64,000 bases of DNA. Origin: an uncultured delta proteobacterium. Lineage in GTDB: Bacteria; Desulfobacterota; Binatia; Binatales; Binataceae. Positions 29,895 through 39,662 of the stretch are shown piece by piece. The notes beneath the pieces were generated by a model, which worked only from the letters and a program-made list of their open reading frames with translations, was not told where the DNA came from and did no database searches. The first letter of the stretch is position 1; the number at the start of each line of letters is the position of its first letter. Made by a program: the position numbers and the translations under genes. Where the stretch lies: assembly GCA_963794325.1 (NCBI GenBank), contig CAWCDG010000007.1:32001-96000 (forward strand), given 5' to 3'.

Positions 29895-30581
29895 GTGACC
29901 AGCACACCAAAGGCTTATCGCCAAGCCCTCGAGCCCCCGCGCGGCGCAGCCGTCGCCGGCGTGATTTTCTCGTTGCTGACGATCGTTGGACTGGGGCTCG
30001 TCCGGTACGCTGTGCCAACCGATCTGTCCCTGCCTGGTGTTTGGCTGACCGAGCCACACCGCCGAAACGCGGTACGGTATGCCCTCAACCTTGTTCCATT
30101 TGGCGGGATCGCATTTCTGTGGTTCATCGGTGTGCTCCGCAGCCGCATGGGAGAGCTTGAAGATCAGTTTTTCGCGACCGTATTTCTGGCCAGCGGGTTG
30201 CTGTTCGTCGCTTGCCTGTTCGGTTCCGCGGCGGTGATGGCAGCGCTGATTGAGTCAGTGGCCCAAGGTAATATCGCTAACGAGACCTACTACTTTAATC
30301 GCCGCGTAAGCGACGCCCTACTGAACCTGTTCGCCATGAAGATGGCAGGGGTCTTCATGTTCTCAACCTGCACCATCGGATTGCGTACTGCCATTTTCCC
30401 GCGCTGGGTGGCATTCCTGGGCTACGCGTGTGCCTTGGTGCTATTGGCAGTGATCGCGAACTGGAGATGGATCACGCTGGTCTTTCCCATCTGGATGCTG
30501 CTGGTTAGCGCGCAAATTTTATCGGCGGACTATCGCTCTCGACTAGCCGGAACAGCCGGTGGGGAGCACCCTCAGCCTTAA
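29895..30581 (+). CDS. Multi-pass membrane protein of unknown function
   Basis: About 6 TM segments; GIAFLWFIGVLR..EDQFFATVF. Confidence 0.7.
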   Translation: MTSTPKAYRQALEPPRGAAVAGVIFSLLTIVGLGLVRYAVPTDLSLPGVWLTEPHRRNAVRYALNLVPFGGIAFLWFIGVLRSRMGELEDQFFATVFLASGLLFVACLFGSAAVMAALIESVAQGNIANETYYFNRRVSDALLNLFAMKMAGVFMFSTCTIGLRTAIFPRWVAFLGYACALVLLAVIANWRWITLVFPIWMLLVSAQILSADYRSRLAGTAGGEHPQP

Positions 30582-30615
30582 GGACGAAGCACAACTCAAA
30601 GGGAGCCCAACGCAA

Positions 30616-31011
30616 ATGGCCGAGCAGACTTCGCAGAGCGCACCGCCGCTCGACAATTCGACCATACTGGCCTTTGATCGCACCCGCGCTGCCTACGAGC
30701 GCACGATGATGGCGTGGATCAGAACCGCGACTTCGCTAATAACCTTCGGCTTCACCATCTACAAATTCTTTCAGATCGAAGCGCCTCCGCCCGGACATCA
30801 GAATCGCCTAATCGGGCCACGCGGCTTCGCCTTCATACTGGTGAGCATCGGACTCTTCTCACTGATCCTGGCGACCCTTGAGCACCGCCAGAACATTCGA
30901 ACGCTCGGAGCGCAATACGCCGGGAAGCGGCGCTCACTGGCTGTGCTGGTCGCCGCGCTGATCTCGATCCTCGGGATACTCGCACTTGTCGTGATAATTT
31001 TTCGTCAATAA
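30616..31011 (+). CDS. DUF202 (YidH-like) membrane protein
   Basis: AYERTMMAWIRTA..FGF. Confidence 0.85.
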   Translation: MAEQTSQSAPPLDNSTILAFDRTRAAYERTMMAWIRTATSLITFGFTIYKFFQIEAPPPGHQNRLIGPRGFAFILVSIGLFSLILATLEHRQNIRTLGAQYAGKRRSLAVLVAALISILGILALVVIIFRQ

Positions 31012-31028
31012 CCGCCGTCGACAAAGAG

Positions 31029-31299
31029 CTACTCTGGTTTGAGCCGGGGATCCTCAGTCGAAACGCATTGCGCCTGCTTGTAGATATTGACCCAGACCTG
31101 TCTGTTCTTGGAGTTCGTCCGTCGAATGTCCCTATCCAGCACATGCTCGCATTCATCCTTGTTGCGATAGGTCGTAGGCCGCTTTAGCCATTGGCTGAGT
31201 GGCGCATCCACGTTGCCCGTTGGATAGTCGCGGCCCGTTGGCGGCAACATCAGGATACCAGCCGACCAAAGCGAGCGCGGCAGCGTGGTGCGTCTTCAT
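31029..31299 (-). CDS. Small secreted hypothetical protein, +1 indel at ~31253
   Basis: MKTHHAAALALVGWY joins LMLPP...APLSQW...EC...AQCVSTEDPRLK after removing one base. Confidence 0.6.
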
Positions 31300-31353
31300 T
31301 CTACTTTTCTTTGAGTCGAGGATCCTCGATGGCGACGCAAGCGGCATGATCTT

Positions 31354-32286
31354 TCACTTTGGGGCTTGCGACTGGAAGAAGGTCCACATCGTGGCGTTCG
31401 CGTCGATGTTGTCGGTTACGGGGCCGAGGATTTTTGTCGCCAGCCATCCTTGATGAGCGCCCGGCCAGGTGTGGCCACCGTCCTGCACGATGACGTTCTC
31501 CAGTCCGCGCCCGGGTGGACAGGAATAGGTCTCGACGGTTACCTGCATCGGATCGTTTTTCGTCGACAGTTGCGTTTTTTGCGCCGCGCCGCAGCCGTTG
31601 CGTTTCTGCCAGATAGCGACCGCCTGCGCATTGCTCATCGCGGAGCCGCGGTTGCCGAATTGTGGAGCGATCGGGCCGCCATTGAACGGAACTAATTTGT
31701 CAGCGGTGCCGTGAAAGAAGATTACAGGCATGGGACGCGGCGAAGGGCACACCGCATCGACCGGCTGGGTCGCCGCTATCACCGCGATTCCGGCCAGCGC
31801 GTCCGGCATCACGCATGCCATGTGCTGCGCCATGAAGCCGCCGTTGGAAATTCCCGCGGCATAGACGCGCTTCGGATCGATCAGTCCCTGCGCGGCGACC
31901 TCTGCCAGCATCGCCTTCATGAACCCGATATCGTCCGCGGCGGATTCATGTCCGATTACGCGGCCGTCATTCCAATGCTTTTCGATACCATTCGGATACA
32001 TGACGACCAGGCCGTGCGCCTGCGCGAACGCATCGAAGTTCGAATAGCGCTCCTGTCCGGCGCCAGTGCTGCCGCTGCCGTGCATCATGATGAACGCCGG
32101 CAGCCGTTTCCCACTCTGGCCGGGCGGCACGTAGAGCAGGTAGGTGCGGCTCACACCGTTCACGTCGATGGTGTGCGAGACGGCATCGCCGGCGGCAGCT
32201 GGCTGCGACAGCGACAGGATAGCTGCAACCAAAAGGATCGCGGCAAGAATCGCGACGCGGGTAAGCATTCGATCAAATTTCCGCAT
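31354..32286 (-). CDS. PHB-depolymerase/LpqC family esterase, secreted
   Basis: Signal peptide; MHGSG, DDIGF, GISNGG, HGTAD, GGHTWPG. Confidence 0.88.
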   Translation of the reverse strand: MRKFDRMLTRVAILAAILLVAAILSLSQPAAAGDAVSHTIDVNGVSRTYLLYVPPGQSGKRLPAFIMMHGSGSTGAGQERYSNFDAFAQAHGLVVMYPNGIEKHWNDGRVIGHESAADDIGFMKAMLAEVAAQGLIDPKRVYAAGISNGGFMAQHMACVMPDALAGIAVIAATQPVDAVCPSPRPMPVIFFHGTADKLVPFNGGPIAPQFGNRGSAMSNAQAVAIWQKRNGCGAAQKTQLSTKNDPMQVTVETYSCPPGRGLENVIVQDGGHTWPGAHQGWLATKILGPVTDNIDANATMWTFFQSQAPK

Positions 32287-32405
32287 GCTGGGTCTATAGT
32301 GCAGCGAGCCGTGCCCGCGCCAGACTTGCCAGAATATTCCTCGAGCGGCTAACATCTGTTAGGCAAGTTCCACCTGATCTTAACCCAGCGCGCGCGAAGG
32401 ACTCT

Positions 32406-33809
32406 ATGAGATTTGGACTATTCTATGAGCATCAGCTCCCACGGCCGTGGGAGGAAAAGAGCGAGCTGCAACTGATTCAGGATGCGCTCGATCAGATCGA
32501 GCTGGCGGACAAGCTCGGTTTCACAAATGTGTGGGAAGTCGAGCATCATTTTCTGGAGGAGTACTCGCACTCGAGCGCGCCCGAGGTTTTTCTCGCCGCG
32601 GCCAGCCAGCGCACTACCAGGATGCGGCTCGGTCACGGAATCGTGCTGACCGCGCCCGGCTACAACCATCCCGCACGCATCGCCGAGCGAATCGCGATGC
32701 TCGACCTGGTTTCAAAAGGGCGCGTCGAGTTCGGATCGGGCGAGTCGGGATCGCTGGCGGAGCTCGGCGGCTTCAATCTCGAGCCCGCGCTGAAACGCGA
32801 TATGTGGCGCGAGGGACTCGAGACGGCGCTGCGCTGCATGACCGAAGTCCCGTTCGGCGGCGTCGACGGCAAGTACGTCAAGATGCCGCCGCGCAACGTG
32901 GTGCCCAAGCCGGTACAGAAACCGCATCCGCCGGTGTGGGTCGCATGCTCGCGCCGCGAGACGATCCTGCTCGCCGCCGAATGTGGCATCGGCGCACTGA
33001 CGTTTTCGTTCATCGATCCGGAAGAAGCGGTGCATTGGGTCGGCGACTATCGCAAGACACTCGCGGAGAAATGCATTCCGATTGGCAGCGCGGTCAACCC
33101 GGAGATTTCGTGCGTGACCCCGATGATGTGCCACCAGGACGAGCGCGAGGCTATCCTGCGCGGGCTCGAGGGCGGCAATTTCTTTGGTTACTCGCTCGGC
33201 CACTACTACGTCTTCGGCGATCACAAGCCGGGCGTCTCAAATGTGTGGGAAGAATTCACGAACAAACGCGCCGAGCGCGGTTACTCGCCCGACGTGGCAA
33301 TTGCGATGCGTCAGCGACGGCTGAGCGCGCGGCTCGACAACGATGAGGGCGCGCAGCAGGGATTGCGCGGCGCGGTCGGCACTCCGGATCAGTTGCGCGA
33401 GTATTTCCGGCGCTTCGAGGACGCCGGCGTCGATCAGATGATCTTCGTGATGCAGGCGGGGAAGAACCGGCACGAGCACATTATGGAGTCGATCGAGCTG
33501 TTCGGCAGGAAAGTTTTGCCGGAGTTCGCAGAGCGCGACGTCGCGTATCGCGCGAAGAAGATGAAGGAGCTTGAGCCGATCATCGAGATAGTGATGAAGC
33601 GCAAGCGTGACGACGCTCCCAAGATGCCGGCTGACTATCTTATCGAGGCTCTCCCGAAACGGCTTATTCAGCAGGTCGGCGGCAAAGAGATGCTCGACAA
33701 GCTCGAGGGCGACTCGGCTATCGGCATTCCGCGGCCGCAGAATCTACAGGAGCGCTTGCAGCAAGGAATCGTCCCGCAGCGAGGATCGGACGGCGGCAAC
33801 GCGAAATAA
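32406..33809 (+). CDS. Luciferase-like (LLM) flavin-dependent oxidoreductase
   Basis: MRFGLFYE, VEHHF, RIAERIAMLD, PKPVQKPHPP. Confidence 0.92.
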   Translation: MRFGLFYEHQLPRPWEEKSELQLIQDALDQIELADKLGFTNVWEVEHHFLEEYSHSSAPEVFLAAASQRTTRMRLGHGIVLTAPGYNHPARIAERIAMLDLVSKGRVEFGSGESGSLAELGGFNLEPALKRDMWREGLETALRCMTEVPFGGVDGKYVKMPPRNVVPKPVQKPHPPVWVACSRRETILLAAECGIGALTFSFIDPEEAVHWVGDYRKTLAEKCIPIGSAVNPEISCVTPMMCHQDEREAILRGLEGGNFFGYSLGHYYVFGDHKPGVSNVWEEFTNKRAERGYSPDVAIAMRQRRLSARLDNDEGAQQGLRGAVGTPDQLREYFRRFEDAGVDQMIFVMQAGKNRHEHIMESIELFGRKVLPEFAERDVAYRAKKMKELEPIIEIVMKRKRDDAPKMPADYLIEALPKRLIQQVGGKEMLDKLEGDSAIGIPRPQNLQERLQQGIVPQRGSDGGNAK

Positions 33810-33951
33810 GCGGCTCGCGACAGGTCGCGATTTAAGCATCACGGCTCTCTCGCATCTCACTTGCGGCAGGTGGGACGATCTGCAAGTTTGCGGGGTCGTC
33901 GTGTTGCGTAAATTCCTCGAAACTTCATAAAACTAAGGGAGACGATGGTAA

Positions 33952-34803
33952 ATGGCAAAAGTCCTGATCACCGGAACCAGCAAGGGAATCGGCTACCACG
34001 CCACGCTGCTCCTGGCGCGCGCGGGACACGAGGTGGTCGCTACCATGCGGAACCCGGGCGACTGCGATCTAGAGAAGGTTGCCAGGGACGCGAAGCTTTC
34101 GGTGACAGTCCTTCCGCTGGACGTCGATGACGATGAATCAGTAGCTGAAGTCTTTGGAAAGGTCGGCGATTCGATCGACGTGCTCATCAACAACGCCGGC
34201 ATCCTCAGTACCAACGCGATCGAGGACGAAAGCCTCGAACAATTTCAGCGCATGATGCAGACGAATTATTTCGGCGCGATACGCTGCGTCAAACAGGTGC
34301 TCCCGGCGATGCGCAAGCGGGGCTCAGGCTGCATCGTCAACGTGACATCGATCGCAGGGCGCGTCTGCTATGCCGCCGGCAGCGCTTACGGCGCATCGAA
34401 GTACGCCCTCGAAGCGTTCACCGAATGCCTGGCACAGGAGGTCAAAGGCTTCGGGATCAGGGTTGCGTTGCTGGAGCCGGGCATCATCGATACTCCAATG
34501 GCCACCACGAACCTTCCGCCATACCAGGAAGACACGGTCTATCCTCACGGGCGCCGGCTTCATGCATTCTTCCAAAACCCAGGGAAGCCCGAAGCGTCAC
34601 CGGTTCTGGTTGGCGAGATGATCCGCTACATAATCGAGAGCGGCGACCCGCGGCTGCGCTTCCCGGTTGGTCCCGACGCGCACTCCTTCCTGGGCTGGCG
34701 CGCCGCACTGAGCGACGAGGATTGGGTAGGACTCGGTGGCCTGAAGAACGATGCGGACTACTTTGATCGAGTCTTCATAGATACCGGAGTCGATCTGCGC
34801 TAA
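33952..34803 (+). CDS. Short-chain dehydrogenase/reductase
   Basis: TGTSKGIG, NNAG, YGASK. Confidence 0.93.
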   Translation: MAKVLITGTSKGIGYHATLLLARAGHEVVATMRNPGDCDLEKVARDAKLSVTVLPLDVDDDESVAEVFGKVGDSIDVLINNAGILSTNAIEDESLEQFQRMMQTNYFGAIRCVKQVLPAMRKRGSGCIVNVTSIAGRVCYAAGSAYGASKYALEAFTECLAQEVKGFGIRVALLEPGIIDTPMATTNLPPYQEDTVYPHGRRLHAFFQNPGKPEASPVLVGEMIRYIIESGDPRLRFPVGPDAHSFLGWRAALSDEDWVGLGGLKNDADYFDRVFIDTGVDLR

Positions 34804-34844
34804 AGCGTCAGGTCGTTCCTGGATCCTGGGGAGGATAACTCGTT

Positions 34845-36116
34845 ATGGGACGGATCTTCTTTCGCCGCGCGAATTTGATCGACGGCCGCAGCGCACCAAA
34901 GAAAAACGCGACCGTCGTGGTCGAAGATGAGCGCATCACTGCGGTTGCTACCAACGGCGACGCGCCGAAGCCCAATGCTAACGACGTGGTTTACGATCTC
35001 GCCGGCCGATCGCTGATGCCGGGGATGGTCCAGTGCCACTATCACGTCGCCTACGCCGACATTGAAGTGCTCGAAGATATCGACTTGAAGCATCCGGCGA
35101 CGATGCTCGCATTGATCGCCGCGAAAAATGCCGAGTTGCTATTGCGATCCGGCTTCACCGGCGCGGTCAGCGCGGGCACGCTGCACAATATCGACGCGAC
35201 TCTCAAACGCGCGATCGACGAGGGCATGATACCGGGACCGCGCCTGGTGCCCTGCGGATCCGAGATCATTACTACCGGCGACTCCGTTGATATCCATCCG
35301 AGCTGGTGGAAGTTGCAGCTGGAGGGTGGCGTTCTGATCTGCGATGGACCCGACGAATTCCGCAAAGCAGTGCGCAACCAAATCAAGCAGGGCGCCGAAA
35401 TTATCAAGGTCGGCTTGACCGGCGGCCATGGCCTGGCCTTTTCCGCCGACGTCATGTCGATGACGATCGAAGAAATTAACGCCGCCGCCGACACCGCGCA
35501 TGAACGCGGGAAGAGAATCCGCGGGCACACCGTTTCCAAGCGTGGCATCGTGGCCGCGCTCGACGCCCGCTTCGACCTTATCGACCATTGCGACCGGATG
35601 GACGACGAATGTATCGAGCGGCTGGTCAAGCAAGAAACCTTCGTCACCCCGAGCCTCTACTTCCCATACATGACGGTCGAGCGAAGTCGGCGGGCAGGAA
35701 ATGGCTCGATGGCCGGCATCGACGAGTTGAAGCAAGGCCTCGAGTACTCATACAAAATGGTGCCCAGGGCGAACGCCGCCGGGGTCAAGCTGGTGGTCGG
35801 CGATGATTTCGGCGTCGCGGGGTTGCTCCACGGCGACTATGCGAAGGAGCTCGAGGCCTATGCTAAAGGCGCGGGAATTCCCACGCTCGATGTGATCGGC
35901 TGGGCGACCCGCAACGGCGCCGAGATGCTCGGGATGAAGGACGATCTCGGGACGATCGAAGCGGGCAAGCTGGCTGACCTGCTGGTCGTCAACGGCGATC
36001 CGGTGAAGGACATTACCGTGCTGCAGGATCGCGCCAATCTCGACGTGATAATGAAAGGCGGAAAGTTCATCGAGTGCCAGCTCACGCCGGGCAAAGCAAT
36101 TGCCAAGTCTGCGTAA
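34845..36116 (+). CDS. Metal-dependent amidohydrolase (Xaa-Pro dipeptidase-like)
   Basis: MPGMVQCHYH, IK, IDH, GTIEAGKLADLLVV. Confidence 0.88.
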   Translation: MGRIFFRRANLIDGRSAPKKNATVVVEDERITAVATNGDAPKPNANDVVYDLAGRSLMPGMVQCHYHVAYADIEVLEDIDLKHPATMLALIAAKNAELLLRSGFTGAVSAGTLHNIDATLKRAIDEGMIPGPRLVPCGSEIITTGDSVDIHPSWWKLQLEGGVLICDGPDEFRKAVRNQIKQGAEIIKVGLTGGHGLAFSADVMSMTIEEINAAADTAHERGKRIRGHTVSKRGIVAALDARFDLIDHCDRMDDECIERLVKQETFVTPSLYFPYMTVERSRRAGNGSMAGIDELKQGLEYSYKMVPRANAAGVKLVVGDDFGVAGLLHGDYAKELEAYAKGAGIPTLDVIGWATRNGAEMLGMKDDLGTIEAGKLADLLVVNGDPVKDITVLQDRANLDVIMKGGKFIECQLTPGKAIAKSA

Positions 36117-36119
36117 CGA

Positions 36120-38939
36120 TTGATGCGTTGCACCAAGTGCCGGACGAATAATCCCGCGACAAATAATTTCTGCGCGAAGTGCGGAAATTCGCTCGCGAAG
36201 AATTGCGCGAAGTGTAAAGCGGAAAATCCGCCGACCGCTGACTTCTGCGGCCAGTGCGGGACTCCACTGAATATCGGTGGAAGTGCGGCAGCATCAACTT
36301 CGTCGCCTCCAGAATCAACTTCCAACGTGCGGGTTGCGCCAGAGAGCGCCTCATCCGAAGCGCTCGAGGGCGAGCGCAAGACGGTCACGGCGCTGTTTGC
36401 CGATATCAAGGAGTCGACCGAGTTGGAGCAGGATCTGGATCCTGAAGAGGCGCGCGCGATTATCGATCCTGCGCTGAAGCTGATGATCGACGCGGTCCGC
36501 CGCTACGACGGCTACATCGTGCAGAGCACCGGCGACGGCATCTTCGCGTTGTTCGGCGCGCCGGTCGCGCACGAAGACCATCCGCAGCGCGCACTGTACG
36601 CAGCTTTGCGGATGCAGGATGAGCTGACGCGATATTCCGCGCGATTGCGCGAGGCTGGCAACCTGCCAATCGAAGCGCGCGTCGGCGTGAACACTGGCGA
36701 AGTGGTCGTACGGTCGATCTCGACCGGAGGCGGGCACACTGAATACACGCCGATCGGGCACACGACGAATCTCGCATCGCGGATGCAGGCGCTCGCGCCG
36801 ACTGGCTCGATCGCGATCAGCGAGCAAACTCGCAAGCTGGTCGAGGGCTACTTCGCGCTCAAGCCATTGGGCCCGACCAAGGTCAAAGGCGTCAGCGAAC
36901 CGGTCAATGTGTACGAAGTCACGGGCCTCGGACCTCTGCGGACCCGCTTGCAGCGATCGGCGGGACGTGGACTTACCAAGTTCGTCGGGCGCGAGCGCGA
37001 GATGGAAGCGCTCGCACGCTCTGCCGATCAGGCAAAAGCCGGCCGTGGCCAGATAGTCGCCGCGATGGCGGAAGCGGGCACCGGCAAGTCGCGCCTTTTT
37101 TTCGAGTTCAAGGCGAAGAATCAGTCGGGCTGGATGGTGCTCGAGACGTTCTCGGTCTCGCATGGCAAAGCGTCGTCATATTTTCCCGTAATCGATCTGC
37201 TGCACACCTATTTCAAGATTACCGGCGATGACGACGAGCGCTCCCGGCGCGCCAAGGCAATCGGCGCCGTGCTCGCCCTGGATCGCGCGCTCGAAGACAC
37301 TTTGCCCTATATCTTCGCACTGCTCGGCATCGTCGAAGGCGCCGATCCGATGGAGCAGATGGACGCGCAAGTCCGCAAGCGGCGCACGCTCGATGCGATT
37401 AAGCGGATACTGCTGCGCGAGTCGATGAATCAGCCGCTGATGGTGATCTTCGAGGACTTGCACTGGATCGACGACGAGACGCAGGCGTTCCTGAATCTGC
37501 TCGCCGATTCGATCGGCACCGCCAAGCTACTGCTGCTGGTGAACTATCGCCCCGAGTATTCGCATCAGTGGGGATCGAAGACCTACTACACGCAGCTGCG
37601 GCTCGATCCGCTGAACAAGGACAGCGCCGACGAGATGCTCTCGGCCATGCTTGGCGAAGGGGCCGCGGCGCAGCCGCTCAAGCGGCTTATCATCGAACGC
37701 ACCGAAGGCAATCCATTCTTCATGGAAGAGACCGTGCAGGTGTTGCTCGATGAGGGTGCGCTGGTGCGCGAGGGCTCGTCGATCCGGCTCACCAAAGCGC
37801 TGGGCGAGTTGAAGATCCCGCCGACGGTGCAGGCGATCCTCGCCGCGCGCATCGATCGCCTGCCGCCCGCGGGAAAAGATCTTCTTCAGAATCTTGCCGT
37901 CATAGGAAAGGAGTTTCAGCTAAGCCTCGTGCGCGCAGTGGTCGGAACTTCTGCCGACGATCTTGCGCAGATGCTCGACGACCTGCAGCTCGGCGAGTTC
38001 ATTTACGAGCAGCCGGCGATGGGCGATGTCGAGTACACCTTCAAGCACGCGCTCACGCAGGAAGTCGCCTACAATTCGGTGCTGATAGAACGCCGCCGCG
38101 TGCTCCACGATCGAGCCGGCACAGCTATCGAAGCCCTTCACGCAGACCATCTCGATGATCATCTGGCGGAACTGGCGCATCACTTCGCTCGCAGCGCCAA
38201 CGTCAGCAAAGCGGTGCGGTACCTGACGCTTGCAGGCAGACAATCGCTCGAGCGCTATGCGCTGGCCGAGTCTTACGCGCAGTTGCAGAAGGGACTCGAG
38301 TTGCTCAGGACCTTGCCCGAATCGCCGGCGCGTGACGCGAGTGAACTGGATCTCGCTATAGTTCTCGTCACGACTCTGTGGCGAACCAGGGGACCAGGCG
38401 CGACCGAAACCCGCGAAGTAGGCACGCGCGCCGCGGCACTCGCTGAGAAAACCGGGAACCTTGCACAGATCATCTTGCTGCTGAATGTGATGCGGGTCAG
38501 CACCCTGATTTCAGGCGACTATGCCGGGGCGGCGGCGCTCTCAGATCGGCTCTTCGATTTGGCTGAGCGCGAAGGAAGCCCTGCCAGCCTCGCACCTGCT
38601 CACCTCGCCAAACTCCAAACACGCTACTATCGCGGCGATCTGCTGGGCACCGAAGCACATTTCGAAGTTTGGCGTAACGTCCGTGAAGCGGGCCTGGTCG
38701 AAAGAAATTCCAGTTCGGCTGTAATTTTATTGGCGATTGCAGGCCAATGCGCATGGTACCTCGGCCATGCCGACAAAGCCCGTGAACGTTTTGCAGAAGC
38801 GATCGCGACAGCGCGCGAGCTCAAAGATCCTTTCGTATTGGCGACTGCCGGATTTTTCGAGTCCTCCTTCTACCGGAGTTCGAGGGATAGTGACATCGCG
38901 GCCGGTCCGCGAGTTGATTCGCGACGACGAGAGTGGTGA
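36120..38939 (+). CDS. Double zinc-ribbon / class III adenylate-guanylate cyclase / AAA-ATPase / TPR protein, C-terminus apparently truncated
   Basis: Four CxxC, LFADIK, TGDG, NLASR, AEAGTGKS, FEDLHW, TEGNPFF; helical region ends abruptly near 38890. Confidence 0.88.
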   Translation: MMRCTKCRTNNPATNNFCAKCGNSLAKNCAKCKAENPPTADFCGQCGTPLNIGGSAAASTSSPPESTSNVRVAPESASSEALEGERKTVTALFADIKESTELEQDLDPEEARAIIDPALKLMIDAVRRYDGYIVQSTGDGIFALFGAPVAHEDHPQRALYAALRMQDELTRYSARLREAGNLPIEARVGVNTGEVVVRSISTGGGHTEYTPIGHTTNLASRMQALAPTGSIAISEQTRKLVEGYFALKPLGPTKVKGVSEPVNVYEVTGLGPLRTRLQRSAGRGLTKFVGREREMEALARSADQAKAGRGQIVAAMAEAGTGKSRLFFEFKAKNQSGWMVLETFSVSHGKASSYFPVIDLLHTYFKITGDDDERSRRAKAIGAVLALDRALEDTLPYIFALLGIVEGADPMEQMDAQVRKRRTLDAIKRILLRESMNQPLMVIFEDLHWIDDETQAFLNLLADSIGTAKLLLLVNYRPEYSHQWGSKTYYTQLRLDPLNKDSADEMLSAMLGEGAAAQPLKRLIIERTEGNPFFMEETVQVLLDEGALVREGSSIRLTKALGELKIPPTVQAILAARIDRLPPAGKDLLQNLAVIGKEFQLSLVRAVVGTSADDLAQMLDDLQLGEFIYEQPAMGDVEYTFKHALTQEVAYNSVLIERRRVLHDRAGTAIEALHADHLDDHLAELAHHFARSANVSKAVRYLTLAGRQSLERYALAESYAQLQKGLELLRTLPESPARDASELDLAIVLVTTLWRTRGPGATETREVGTRAAALAEKTGNLAQIILLLNVMRVSTLISGDYAGAAALSDRLFDLAEREGSPASLAPAHLAKLQTRYYRGDLLGTEAHFEVWRNVREAGLVERNSSSAVILLAIAGQCAWYLGHADKARERFAEAIATARELKDPFVLATAGFFESSFYRSSRDSDIAAGPRVDSRRREW

Positions 38940-39141
38940 GGGAATTCCGCTGAGCGCGCTCGGCACGCCGCCGACCGAAGCGGATCTCGCGAAGACGATT
39001 GCGAAGTTCCGCAAGCCGGAGGATATCAATATTATCGTGGCTGGCGGCAACGCCGGGAAATTTTCCGCGGTTTTCGCCGGATGGGTCTCGGGTCCGATGG
39101 GATCGTCCAGCGTCAGCCGGCGAATCGAGGAGGCAACATGA
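38890..39141 (+). pseudogene. C-terminal fragment of a gene of the type that accompanies UGSC selenoproteins
   Basis: VTSRPVRELI...KFRKPEDINIIVAGGNAGKFSAVFAGW...SVSRRIE; no start or RBS; stop overlaps UGSC ATG (ATGA). Confidence 0.55.
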
Positions 39142-39659
39142 AGCAGGTAATTGTGGATCCGACCGATGAGCGCGTGCCGATTAAACGCACGCTGGCTGCT
39201 CGTTCTGACTCGATCGTCGGGCGCGTCGCGCTGCTCGATATCGCCAAGCCGCGTGGCAACGTGCTGATCGACCGTCTCGCCGAGCATTTGCATGATCGGC
39301 TGCCGGGCATCGAGATCAAGCGGTTTCGCAAACCGACCTTCACCAAGCCGGCGCCCGAGGACTTGCGCCGCCGCATCGCGCAGGAGGCTGACTTCGTTAT
39401 CGAAGCGCTCGCCGATTGAGGGTCATGCACGACGTGCAGTGTGCACGACTCCGTATGGTTCGAGATTAATAAGAAGCCCGCGGTTGTGATCGCGTCCGAT
39501 GAGTTCGTTGACGCTGCGCAGAAACAGGCTGCCGCGCTGGGACTGCCCGAGCTTCGCCGCGTTTTCGTCGCGCATCCGATTCAGGACGCCACCGACGATC
39601 AGATGCGCGCGAAGGCCGATGCGATCGTCAACGACGTGATCGCGGCGCTGAAGAATTAA
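39138..39659 (+). CDS. UGSC-family selenoprotein (Sec UGA at 39417-39419)
   Basis: GAGGAGG RBS plus ATG; in-frame TGA gives ALAD-U-GSCTTCSVHD and the frame continues to TAA at 39657-39659 (173 aa). Confidence 0.88.
39420..39451 (+). promoter_or_regulatory. Candidate bacterial SECIS hairpin
   Basis: GGGTCATGCAC/GTGCACGACTC stem (10 of 11 pairs, one G-U) starting right after the UGA, G-containing apical loop. Confidence 0.6.
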
Positions 39660-39662
39660 CTG

